A stretch of 64,000 bases of DNA from Lysobacterales bacterium (GTDB lineage: Bacteria; Pseudomonadota; Gammaproteobacteria; Xanthomonadales; Rhodanobacteraceae): contig JBBSTF010000005.1 in the NCBI GenBank assembly GCA_038236135.1, positions 19,227 to 83,226 of the forward strand. The letters are read 5' to 3'. Made by a program: the position numbers and the translations under genes. Position 1 is the stretch's first letter. Every line of letters starts with the position of its first letter. Below, piece by piece: positions 21,684 through 30,003 of this stretch. Under the pieces are notes generated by a model. The model saw only the letters and a list, made by a program, of their open reading frames with translations, ran no database searches and had not been told where the DNA came from.

Positions 21684-22196
21684 ATGCTGACCATAATTGC
21701 TTCTGTTTTCTACGTGATCATCGCCGTTGCGATGACCGTCCTTATTCTGCTCCAACGTGGCGCGGGCGCCGCAGCCGGCTCCGGCTTTGGCGGTGGCGCT
21801 TCGGCGACGGTTTTCGGTTCGCAGGGCTCGGCCAACTTCATGTCGCGCAGCACCGCGGTTCTGGCCGGCCTGTTCTTCCTGCTCAGCCTTGGCATGGCGA
21901 TTTACCACGACAAGCCCGGCATCCAGCAAGGATCGGCCGACGACCTCGGCATCATGGGTGGCGCAGCCGTTCCAACGGCGAGTGAAACACCCGCTCCCGT
22001 GGGTGATGTGCCGCAGGCCACTCCAGCGGCGACGAATAAGGAGGCGCCTGCTGCAACGGGAGCGCCGGTTGATGCAGCCGTGCCGGTTTCGGCCGCGCCG
22101 ATGGGTGAAACGAAGCCGGCGGTTGAACCGCTCAAGCCTGGCTCGGCGAAGCCAGAACCAGCCAAGGAGCGGGCGAAGGACGCGCAGAAAAAGTAG
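21684..22196 (+). CDS. secG: Preprotein translocase subunit SecG with long Ala/Pro tail
   Basis: LILLQRGAGA..GSGFGGGASATVFGSQGSANFMSRSTAVLA; lies between tpiA and tRNA-Leu. Confidence 0.96.
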   Translation: MLTIIASVFYVIIAVAMTVLILLQRGAGAAAGSGFGGGASATVFGSQGSANFMSRSTAVLAGLFFLLSLGMAIYHDKPGIQQGSADDLGIMGGAAVPTASETPAPVGDVPQATPAATNKEAPAATGAPVDAAVPVSAAPMGETKPAVEPLKPGSAKPEPAKERAKDAQKK

Positions 22197-22215
22197 ATCT
22201 ACGGAGAAAGTTTTA

Positions 22216-22300
22216 GCCCAGGTGGCGGAATTGGTAGACGCACTACCTTGAGGTGGTAGCGGTGAAAGCTGTAGGGGTTCGAGTCCCCTCTTGGGCACCA
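22216..22300 (+). tRNA. tRNA-Leu (GAG), integration target
   Basis: GCCCAGGTGGCGGAATTGGTAGACGCACTACCTTGAGGTGGTAGCGGTGAAAGCTGTAGGGGTTCGAGTCCCCTCTTGGGCACCA. Confidence 0.98.
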
Positions 22301-22303
22301 ATC
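22285..22303 (+). repeat. attL core (tRNA-Leu 3' end)
   Basis: 19-bp exact match to 51278-51296. Confidence 0.95.
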
Positions 22304-22425
22304 AAAGGTTTAAGGACATCCAACGAAGTCCAAAAAACACACCAAACCCCGCGTAGCAGCGGGGTTTTTTGTGCCTTTCTTGTTCTAGGCCGTCCAGCGC
22401 CGTCTATTGCAATCCACGCATGTTC

Positions 22426-22444
22426 GGGGGCATATTTGGGGGCA
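22426..22444 (+). repeat. Putative integrase arm-binding site (left)
   Basis: GGGGGCATATTTGGGGGCA, identical to 51210-51228. Confidence 0.75.
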
Positions 22445-22484
22445 TGCGAGGCATCTGGCCCGCCTCCCTGAAGGAAATGCCCCC

Positions 22485-23717
22485 ATGCCGCTGACCGACA
22501 CCGCAGTCCGAAAGGCTGCCGCACGCACCAAACCCTACAAGCTGGCCGATGGCGGGGGCATGTATCTGGAAGTGTCGCCGACCGGCGCGAAATACTGGCG
22601 CTTGAAGTACCGGCACAGCGGCAAGGAAAAGCGGCTAGCGCTTGGCGTCTATGATCGCGTCACGCTGGCAGACGCACGGACCAAGCGTGAGGATGCCCGT
22701 CGCTTGCTGGCCAAGGGCGTCGACCCCGGCGCCGCCCGCAAGCAAGCCAAACAAGACACCGCGGAAGCCGCCGCCGTCGCGTTCGATACGTTCGAAGTCA
22801 TCGCGCGCGAATGGATGGCCCGTCAGGACGTCGCGGAAGTCACCGCCAAAAAGACAAGCTGGATTTTTGAGACGTTCCTGTTCCCCGAAATTGGCAGCCG
22901 TCCCATTGCCGACATCACGGCGCGCGAGTTGCTGGACGCGCTGCGCAAGGTGGAAGAAACCGGCAAGCTGGAAACAGCCAAGCGCGCGAAGATCAAGGCG
23001 GGACAGGTGTTCCGGTTCGCCGTGGTGGAAGGCAAGGCAGCAAGCGACCCGACGGCATCGCTACGTAACGCCTTGAAGGCTCCCAAGGGCAAGCATCACG
23101 CGGCGATCACTGATCCCGCCAAGATGGGCGCGCTGCTGCGTGCCATCGACGGTTACACCGGCCAATACGTCACGCTCTCGGCGTTGAAGCTGGCACCGCT
23201 GGTATTCGTCCGACCTGGCGAATTGCGGCAAGCTGAGTGGTCGGAGTTTGATCTCGATGATGCAATCTGGCGCATACCCGGCGTGCGCATGAAAATGAAG
23301 GCCGCGCACTTGGTGCCGCTGTCGGCGCAAGCCGTCGTGATCTTGCGCGAGCTGTCCTCACTGACTGGCGATGGCCGTTTCGTATTCCCAAGCGTGCGCA
23401 CTGCATCGCGCCCGATGAGTGAAAACACCGTGACAGCCGCATTGCGCCGGCTGGGCTACACCGGCGACGAGATGACTGGCCATGGTTTCCGAAGCATGGC
23501 TGCAACTCGATTGAATGAGATGGGCTGGAATGCAGACGCCATCGAACGCCAGCTTGCCCACGCCGAAAGCAACAAGGTCCGCGACGCCTACACGTCTGCC
23601 GCGCAGTACCTGGACGAGCGCACCCGCATGATGTCCGCATGGGCGAACTATCTGGACGCTCTCAAATTAGGTGGGAACGTAGTCTCCATCGGCCGCAGCG
23701 CAACCAAACAGCGGTAG
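22485..23717 (+). CDS. P4-family tyrosine integrase
   Basis: Arm-binding N-terminus (KPYKLADGGGMYLEV..G.KYWRLKYR), FVRPGELR, HGFRSMAAT, IERQLAH, Y in AYTSAAQY. Confidence 0.96.
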   Translation: MPLTDTAVRKAAARTKPYKLADGGGMYLEVSPTGAKYWRLKYRHSGKEKRLALGVYDRVTLADARTKREDARRLLAKGVDPGAARKQAKQDTAEAAAVAFDTFEVIAREWMARQDVAEVTAKKTSWIFETFLFPEIGSRPIADITARELLDALRKVEETGKLETAKRAKIKAGQVFRFAVVEGKAASDPTASLRNALKAPKGKHHAAITDPAKMGALLRAIDGYTGQYVTLSALKLAPLVFVRPGELRQAEWSEFDLDDAIWRIPGVRMKMKAAHLVPLSAQAVVILRELSSLTGDGRFVFPSVRTASRPMSENTVTAALRRLGYTGDEMTGHGFRSMAATRLNEMGWNADAIERQLAHAESNKVRDAYTSAAQYLDERTRMMSAWANYLDALKLGGNVVSIGRSATKQR

Positions 23718-23854
23718 AAGGCGAACTTGCTGCGTAGTTGAGCGAGGCGCGAGCTTTCCCTCTCAGGTCGTCCCGGCTATAAAGAGTTGTCCGATACCGT
23801 GCAATGCGGTTCGGAAAGTGCAATGCCAGCCATCGAAAGGACTGCCCCCGCGCC

Positions 23855-24010
23855 ATGACAACAGCCCTCACGCGACTGCTCGACGCCTACCGCCAGGCAG
23901 CGAAAACCGAGCGTGAAAAAGGCAGCTACTTTGAAGAGCTGATCGCGTGCTAACTGCGCAATGAAGCCAGCTATCGTGACCTCTACAGTGATGTCTGGTC
24001 CTTCGCCGAC
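23855..24010 (+). pseudogene. 5' remnant of a type ISP-like restriction-modification/helicase gene
   Basis: Manual translation MTTALTRLLDAYRQAAKTEREKGSYFEELIAC*LRNEASYRDLYSDVWSFAD, with an in-frame TAA at 23951 and an AAGGA RBS. Resembles the EREKG.YFE.L...Y..L...VW N-terminus of that family (from memory). Confidence 0.65.
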
Positions 24011-24170
24011 TGTGCAAGGTCTCAAGCCGCGCTGGACATCGCAGACCAAACGCCCTAGCAACGCCAATGTTGAATCGCAACCGTTTCGGACAGCGTCTAG
24101 GCTGATCCCCAAATACCGGGCGCCTTCCGGCTGGCGCGCATTTCCATCGAGGGATGCATAAGGATGCAGG

Positions 24171-25028
24171 ATGGACAAGCAACCTAAGTGGGTTCCCGAA
24201 TGGGTCTGGACTGAGTACTTGGAGTTCGTCCAAGTTTGTGGCCATATGTCTGCCGATTGGGTTGTTGAGCTCAATCGCGCCAGCGAGCGGCCTGCTGAAC
24301 GCGTCGCGAGAGAGATCGTATTTGATAAAGACTTGGCGTCACTGTGGCGGGCGATGGAACGTCGAGACAAGTCACACGAGATGGTTTGGGAAAAGGATCA
24401 ACAGCGCACCCATGAGCATGTTTCCAGCAGTGGCCGACCAAAGACGTGGGGCTTGTTCATGCACGTGCTCGGGACGATGCATGGACCTTCACCCCATGAT
24501 CTCGTTGGGCACGATGATCGACAGGCGCGAGGGGCGAGTATCGCGAAGCTCGCAAGAAGACTTCGCCGCGAACTGGCCAGATGCCAGATCCGGCATTCGC
24601 ATCTTCCCGAGCCTATCGAGACGCACGTATACGCCGCCGCAGCTGCGCTTGCGAAGAATCTCGTCCAAAGTAGTGTCCAAACTCGTATCACTGCCGGCAT
24701 CGCAAGTTCCGTTGCGTCGGCGCGAGTTGAAGATGCCTTTCTTATGGGCGCAATGGCGGCATTCTGCTACGGAACTTCTCAGGATGAACCTCTCGGATTT
24801 CCGATCCTGGAAGGCTTGGAAGCAGGGGGCGATGCTTGGGCAAAATCAGAACCGGTCGTGTATCGCCCTAGGGACAAGACTGCCGTTCGTACGTACTTCG
24901 TCCGATCAATCACTGCGTACTTTAGGCATTGGTACGGCGCACCACTAAGGAAGGAGGCCGCGTCACTGACTCGAAAGTTTTTCGATGGCGATATGGACGC
25001 CTCATTCGTGCTGAAACTTGCGCCCTGA
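24171..25028 (+). CDS. Hypothetical protein upstream of alpA
   Basis: 285-aa ORF with an AGGA RBS; no family recognised. Confidence 0.7.
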   Translation: MDKQPKWVPEWVWTEYLEFVQVCGHMSADWVVELNRASERPAERVAREIVFDKDLASLWRAMERRDKSHEMVWEKDQQRTHEHVSSSGRPKTWGLFMHVLGTMHGPSPHDLVGHDDRQARGASIAKLARRLRRELARCQIRHSHLPEPIETHVYAAAAALAKNLVQSSVQTRITAGIASSVASARVEDAFLMGAMAAFCYGTSQDEPLGFPILEGLEAGGDAWAKSEPVVYRPRDKTAVRTYFVRSITAYFRHWYGAPLRKEAASLTRKFFDGDMDASFVLKLAP

Positions 25029-25160
25029 GTGAAGCGAACCCAAGTGGTGCCTTTCGGTACATGGAGTGAAGCCATCTAAATTGCAGTTCTTGGCGGGCTA
25101 ATATTTTCGCGAGCCCCAGAGCAACCTTTCCCTGTCCTACATCACACAGGGAAACACCGC

Positions 25161-25388
25161 ATGACATCTATCCCCGAAACTGGCTATCTGCGCCTCTCGC
25201 AGATCGTCGGCAAACCCGCTACAGCCTCCAGCCCGGGCATCCCAGCCATCATCCCGGTAAGCAAATCCACATGGTGGGCAGGCGTCCGATCTGGACGATA
25301 TCCAAAAGGTGTGTGCTTAAATCAGCGGATCACAGGGTGGCGCGTCGAAGATATTCGTGCGCTGATCGACCAGCTTGGTGCGTCATGA
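25161..25388 (+). CDS. AlpA-family regulator / recombination directionality factor
   Basis: GYLRLSQI..IIPVSKSTWWAGVRSGRYPKGV..RITGWRVEDI. Confidence 0.92.
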   Translation: MTSIPETGYLRLSQIVGKPATASSPGIPAIIPVSKSTWWAGVRSGRYPKGVCLNQRITGWRVEDIRALIDQLGAS

Positions 25389-25852
25389 ATGCCTTGTCGC
25401 CTCACCCAGCATCCGTCGATCCGGTAGGGCTGCTATTGCCTCGCCTGGAGCGTGTCCGCCAATACGGTAGAGGCTGGCGTGCCGACTGCCCGCTAGGTCA
25501 CTCATCGCGCGGGACATTGTCGGTAGCCGTCAGTGACGCTGGCCACGTGCTAATGACGTGCTTCGCCGGCTGCAATCTCGCCGAGATCACCGGTGCTCTC
25601 GGCATCGTCGTGGCAGACCTTTTCCCGCAGCGGAAGCAGTTTGATCTTTCGCGGGCCAACCGTGTGCAGCGTCGCGAGCTGGTCGGCATGTCGCACTGGC
25701 GCGCGGCCCTTGGAGTGCTGGCCACCGAGTCAACCGTAATAGAGGTCGCCGCATCGATGATGGAGCGGGGCGACGAGCTGGGGGTCGCCGATATCGAGCG
25801 TGTGCGCCTCGCAGCGCATCGCATCCATGCCGCCCGTGAAGTGTTGCAATGA
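25385..25852 (+). CDS. Primase zinc-binding-domain (CHC2-like) protein
   Basis: GWRADCPLGH..TLSV..VLMTCFAGC..EI..ALG...DLFP; ATGA overlap with alpA and with the DUF927 gene. Confidence 0.75.
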   Translation: MNALSPHPASVDPVGLLLPRLERVRQYGRGWRADCPLGHSSRGTLSVAVSDAGHVLMTCFAGCNLAEITGALGIVVADLFPQRKQFDLSRANRVQRRELVGMSHWRAALGVLATESTVIEVAASMMERGDELGVADIERVRLAAHRIHAAREVLQ

Positions 25853-27789
25853 ACGCACTGCCTGAACTTCCGCGCAGTATCACTGGCGTAGAGCAGCTTG
25901 CCGAAAGCAATCTAACAATGTTGGAAGGCCGCGCAGGCCGCAGACTCCGTAAACCACCTGTTCCTCGTGGGGACAGTGGGGACATGGGGGCAACCAAGCA
26001 GGACGACGGTTCTCCAGTCCCCACGACCGATGCGCAGCGCGGGGACAGTGGGAACAAAGTTGCCGGGCCGACGCCGCGATTTATCCTGATTCGCCGCCGC
26101 CGTGGATTTGTTGATGGCGTTTACTGGATCGGCGTCGCACATGACAAGGAAACGGGCGCAGACATCGAAAAGGAGCCCGTTTGGATCTGTTCCGTGCTGA
26201 ACGTCGACGCATACACACGTGACGCGCAAGGGAATGCGTGGGGTCGCCTGCTGACGTGGCAGGACGCTGACGGCCGCAAACACGTCTGGGCCATGCCGAT
26301 GGCGATGTTGGCCGGCAGTGGTGAAGAGCTGCGCGCCGAACTGCTGCGACAGGGGCTGGAAATTGCCCAACATGCTGATCGACGCAGAATGCTTGGTGAG
26401 TACCTGCAACGAGAGCGCCCCACTGTGACTGCTCGCTGCGTTGAGCGCACGGGATGGCACGGGGACGCCTTCGTGCTGCCTACAGAGACAATCGGCGACA
26501 CCGCTGCCGAGCCAATCATTTTTCAAACCGCGGCACCGGACGGCATCACGCTCGGCTGCGCCGGCACGCTGAAAGGCTGGCGCGAAAACGTTGCCGCACC
26601 ATGCGCAGGCAACTCGCGTTTGGTACTCGCCCTGTCGGTCGGCTTCGCTGGCCTGTGCATCGGCCTGATCGGAACGGAAGGTGGCGGAATCCACCTCAAG
26701 GGTGCCAGTAGCGCCGGCAAGACAACCGGGCTTGCGCTGGCCGCCTCAATGTTTGGCCTACCTTCTTTCGCACGGACTTGGCGGCAAACCGACAATGCGC
26801 TGGAGGGTGTTGCGTCCCTCCACTCCGACCTTTTGCTGATCCTGGACGAGATCGGGCAACTCGACCCAAAGCACGCGGGCGCGGTCGCATACCTGTTGGC
26901 GAACGGACAGGGTAAGGGACGGGCTCGTCGGGACGGCTCGCCCCGCGCAGCAGCCGCTTTCCGCCTGTTGTTCCTGAGTGCTGGCGAGATCGGGTTGGGC
27001 GACTTGGTAACAGCCGGCGGCGGCAAGCAGCGCGCTGGTATGGACGTTCGCGTAATTGACGTTCCCGCAGATGCAGGTACGGGTCACGGCATGTTCGACC
27101 TGGTTCCAGATGGCATTCCCGCTGGCGCATTTGCCGAACGGCTGAAAGCTGCAGCTGCAACGCACTATGGGCACGCGATGCCGGCGTTTCTGCGTGCCGT
27201 GGTTGCCGACGTTGCAGCTAAGCGCATCGACTTGCGCGAGATGCGCGATAAGCTCGCCAACGGGATGGTGGGGCCTGATGATTCCGGACAGGTTCGCCGC
27301 GTCGCTCAGCGATTCGCTTTGATTGCTGCAGCCGGCGAACTGGCGACTACGTTCGGCCTCACTGGCTGGCTACCGCAGGAGGCTGAGCGCGCTGCTCGGC
27401 GCTGCTTCGCCGACTGGCTTGGCGCCCGAGGAACGACCGGGCAAGCCGAGCCTGCCGCGATGCTGGCGCAGGTTCGAGCCTTCCTTGGTGCACATGGTGA
27501 GAGCCGCTTCAGCGCCTGGGTGCCCGACGAACGGGAACGTGTGACCATCAATCGCGCCGGCTTTCGTCGTGAGAGCACCGACGGCCCGGAATTCTTCGTC
27601 GAAACCGAGGCGTTCCGCCGCGAAGTCTGTCTAGGCTTTGACTATCAACAGGTAGCGATTGCGTTACGGGACCGCGGTGCCTTAATGCCCGAGAGCGCCA
27701 GCCGCCTGACACGCAAAGAGCGCTTGCCAGACTGCCGCAATGCCCGCGTGTACCGCATCACGCCGGCCATCTGGGAAGATGGACAATGA
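25849..27789 (+). CDS. DUF927 domain replicative helicase
   Basis: GNAWGRLLTW, RCVERTGWH, Walker A GASSAGKTT, LILDEI, YLLANGQGKGR, QVRRVAQRFALI..AGELA. Confidence 0.9.
   Translation: MNALPELPRSITGVEQLAESNLTMLEGRAGRRLRKPPVPRGDSGDMGATKQDDGSPVPTTDAQRGDSGNKVAGPTPRFILIRRRRGFVDGVYWIGVAHDKETGADIEKEPVWICSVLNVDAYTRDAQGNAWGRLLTWQDADGRKHVWAMPMAMLAGSGEELRAELLRQGLEIAQHADRRRMLGEYLQRERPTVTARCVERTGWHGDAFVLPTETIGDTAAEPIIFQTAAPDGITLGCAGTLKGWRENVAAPCAGNSRLVLALSVGFAGLCIGLIGTEGGGIHLKGASSAGKTTGLALAASMFGLPSFARTWRQTDNALEGVASLHSDLLLILDEIGQLDPKHAGAVAYLLANGQGKGRARRDGSPRAAAAFRLLFLSAGEIGLGDLVTAGGGKQRAGMDVRVIDVPADAGTGHGMFDLVPDGIPAGAFAERLKAAAATHYGHAMPAFLRAVVADVAAKRIDLREMRDKLANGMVGPDDSGQVRRVAQRFALIAAAGELATTFGLTGWLPQEAERAARRCFADWLGARGTTGQAEPAAMLAQVRAFLGAHGESRFSAWVPDERERVTINRAGFRRESTDGPEFFVETEAFRREVCLGFDYQQVAIALRDRGALMPESASRLTRKERLPDCRNARVYRITPAIWEDGQ
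25959..26056. repeat. Iteron-like GGGGAC repeat cluster 1 (inside the DUF927 gene)
   Basis: GGGGACAGTGGGGAC at 25969-25983, GGGGACAGTGGGAAC at 26041-26055, inverted GTCCCC at ~26017. Confidence 0.6.
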
Positions 27790-27822
27790 GACTCGTCGAA
27801 CTCTGGAACCTCACTGCGCCGA

Positions 27823-28275
27823 CTACCCGTGCGCCGCTATCGTCGTCGCGGGATGCTGCGATGCTTCGTCGACGTACAGCGTGCCGTCACGCATGGTGAC
27901 GCCATTAAAGTCTATTCCGCTTTGCTCGCCATTGAGGTTTCGGATGATGTCGACGCGGTTGCCGGTGAATCGCTCAAACTCGGCAATGGCGCCAGATAGG
28001 GCGTCAGGCAATGAATCCTTCTTGATAGTCCTAAAGCGCGGCGATTCTCCACCGTCTTTCGCAAATCGTCGAAGTCCAGATTCGAGCTTGAGGCTTCTGG
28101 CGTTGATCTCTCCTGGCAATCCTTTTGGGACTCCGCTTGCGGTTTCGGATCGGTTGTCAATGCGTCTACTCCGGCGTGACTCAGGAACCGGCGTGATCGT
28201 ATCACCACCCACAAGCTGCGGCTGCGCCGGCGCACTACCGGCGTGTATCGCATCACCCAAGCCGTCTGTAAACAT
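27823..28275 (-). pseudogene. Possible fragment of a large phage polyvalent (metallopeptidase-containing) protein
   Basis: RVDIIRNL..DFNGVTMRDGTLYVDEASQHPATTIAAHG* resembles the segment before an HExxH motif in giant phage proteins. Recognition is from memory only. Confidence 0.35.
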
Positions 28276-28335
28276 GGAGAATGACGCTCGCCGACCTCAT
28301 GGAGCCTCACCGCGCAGACTAAACGTGCGCCGATC

Positions 28336-28425
28336 TGTCCCCCTTGTTCCCAGCTATCGAAAGCGGGTGGGGACAGCGGAGCGCCCCGCCACGCTTGGTT
28401 GCCCCCACTGTCCCCACCGTCCCCG
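28336..28425. repeat. Iteron-like GTCCCC repeat cluster 2 (candidate origin)
   Basis: TGTCCCC 28336, TGTTCCC 28345, inverted GGGGACAG ~28369, CCCACTGTCCCCACCGTCCCC ~28404-28424. Confidence 0.6.
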
Positions 28426-28645
28426 TCGAAATAAACGTAGTGATCAACGTTGGAATCGCGCCAGCGTCAATTGCAAAGGCCATCGCCAAATTCAAGCTGC
28501 ATCGCTGTTGGTTGAACTGGTGTGGTTTTCAGGGATTGGAACCGATCCCCCTAAATCCGTAACGCCGGTCAGAACTCGCAATTCACGAAAACGCGCGCAA
28601 ATAGGGACTTAGCCTGATGATTTCGTATTCCGTGGCATTCCAGCG

Positions 28646-29200
28646 ATGAGTCGTGGCGGCATGCGAACAGGCGCCGGAAGACCCGCAACCCACGTTAAGA
28701 CAAGTGGTCACATACGGGTGGACGTGCGCGCCTTGGCACGTCGTGGGCCGCTGTCAGTGGGCACGATGTTCTCGTGGTCAGCGCGACGCGGTGGTAGGCC
28801 AGCGGGTATGGTTGACGTGCGAATCGAGGATGCCGGCGTTGTCCGCTTGGACTATTGGGGCGCTGGCCAGAAAGAGCATCTGGAATTGATGCTGCAATAC
28901 ACCGCCTGCAACTTCGGCAACCACCGCCCATGGTTTGCCTGCCCGCGCTGCACACGTCGGGTGGCCGTCGTGTATCTGGCGCCCATTGCTGGCTGCCGCC
29001 GATGCCTCCAGCTGCGCTATCAGTCCCAATCAGAGGACGCGCTCGGGCGAAGCTGGCGACGGTCGCAAAAAACCGCTGCCAAGTTGCGCGTTGAGTCGGG
29101 ACACTACCCGCGACGGCCGAAAGGAATGCGGCGTGCGACCTTCGAACGGCTCCTACAGGCGTGGCGGAGAGAAGAAAATTTCCGCGAGTCCGCGCTCTAA
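28646..29200 (+). CDS. Conserved mobile-element hypothetical protein with two CxxC pairs
   Basis: CNFGNHRPWFACPRC.RRVAVVY...GCRRCLQLRYQSQSE..RPKGMRRATFERL, a pattern I recall from satellite-like islands. Confidence 0.75.
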   Translation: MSRGGMRTGAGRPATHVKTSGHIRVDVRALARRGPLSVGTMFSWSARRGGRPAGMVDVRIEDAGVVRLDYWGAGQKEHLELMLQYTACNFGNHRPWFACPRCTRRVAVVYLAPIAGCRRCLQLRYQSQSEDALGRSWRRSQKTAAKLRVESGHYPRRPKGMRRATFERLLQAWRREENFRESAL

Positions 29201-29255
29201 GGTATTTTCGAGCGCAATGGCGCACTCTAGGCGCTGGTCAAACGGACTTTGCCCC

Positions 29256-29462
29256 ATGCCTAATTCTCGCGCCACGCGGCTAACTCTTTAAGCCGACCCG
29301 TCACCGCTGGTCACGCGCCAGTGGCTTCGTGCTGCTGACCAGTATTTGACGGATTGGACGGCTACTCTGATTCACTCACCGGACAATAAAGAACTTTCCG
29401 CCATCCTGATCATGGTCAAGGGCTGCGTTGACCGCGAGCGACGACGGCTCGCGGCTAACTGA
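29256..29462 (+). pseudogene. Small 69-codon ORF with one internal stop
   Basis: MPNSRATRLTL*ADPSPLVTRQWLRAADQYLTDW...RERRRLAAN*; TAA at 29289. No family recognised. Confidence 0.3.
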
Positions 29463-29584
29463 TCGCGAACGTCAATACACGGCTAGCTGCCCCATGCGCC
29501 GCCGAATTGGGGATGCGCACAAAAACGCAATCGCTCGGCTTCCGACTGCGACCGCGCCAGACTTATGACCTGCCCCCGCCAACG

Positions 29585-29925
29585 CTATTGGCCGACCCGT
29601 TCAATCAATTGCGGACCCTGATTGCGCGCGTTGCCCACAGCCTTGCCGACCGGGTGCCATGCAAGGTCAGGGAGCGGCGATGCGTGTGCGATGGCAGTCG
29701 CTAGATCGGCGTCGCCTTCCATCCAATCCCGCAACACTTCCGGCGATAGCATCAACGGCGTGCGGTCGTGAATGTCCAGCAGTCCGCCGACAGCATCCAT
29801 TGTCAAGATGGTTTACGTCTCGACTGGCTCACCGTTGCCTTGCCACCGCTCCCACATGCCGGCGAACATCAATACCGGACCGCAAGCCTCGCGCATGCAC
29901 CGCGGCTACTTCTTTCCATGGAACG
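29585..29925 (-). pseudogene. SRAP (SOS response-associated peptidase, YedK/HMCES) C-terminal remnant
   Basis: One frame reads GKK*P...PVLMFAGMWERW..EPVET*TILT..DIHDRTPLML..LAWHPVGKAVGNARNQGPQLIE; stops at 29906-29908 and 29813-29815. Confidence 0.85.
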
Positions 29926-30003
29926 GAGGCGCGACAATGTCGATATCGGATTGAGCGATTCCATTATGGAAAGGCGACCGTCGCCAAGTTAAGGCAGAAC
30001 ACC

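Noticed and set aside
21950-22196. Long Ala/Pro tail of SecG
   Set aside because: Low-complexity SecG tails are common in this group; not unusual.
27740-28612. 290-aa plus-strand ORF after DUF927
   Set aside because: No motifs; it crosses the repeat cluster and is antisense to a more protein-like frame.
23951-29908. Several in-frame TAA/TAG codons in otherwise recognisable frames, suggesting stop-codon recoding
   Set aside because: Intact genes inside and outside the element end normally in TAA/TAG, and the affected frames also show deletions and motif decay. Pseudogenisation is simpler.
29659-30003. N-terminal ~115 aa of the tracked 831-aa ORF
   Set aside because: It overlaps the antisense SRAP remnant and is Arg/Pro-rich shadow sequence; the real start is probably GTG 30004.
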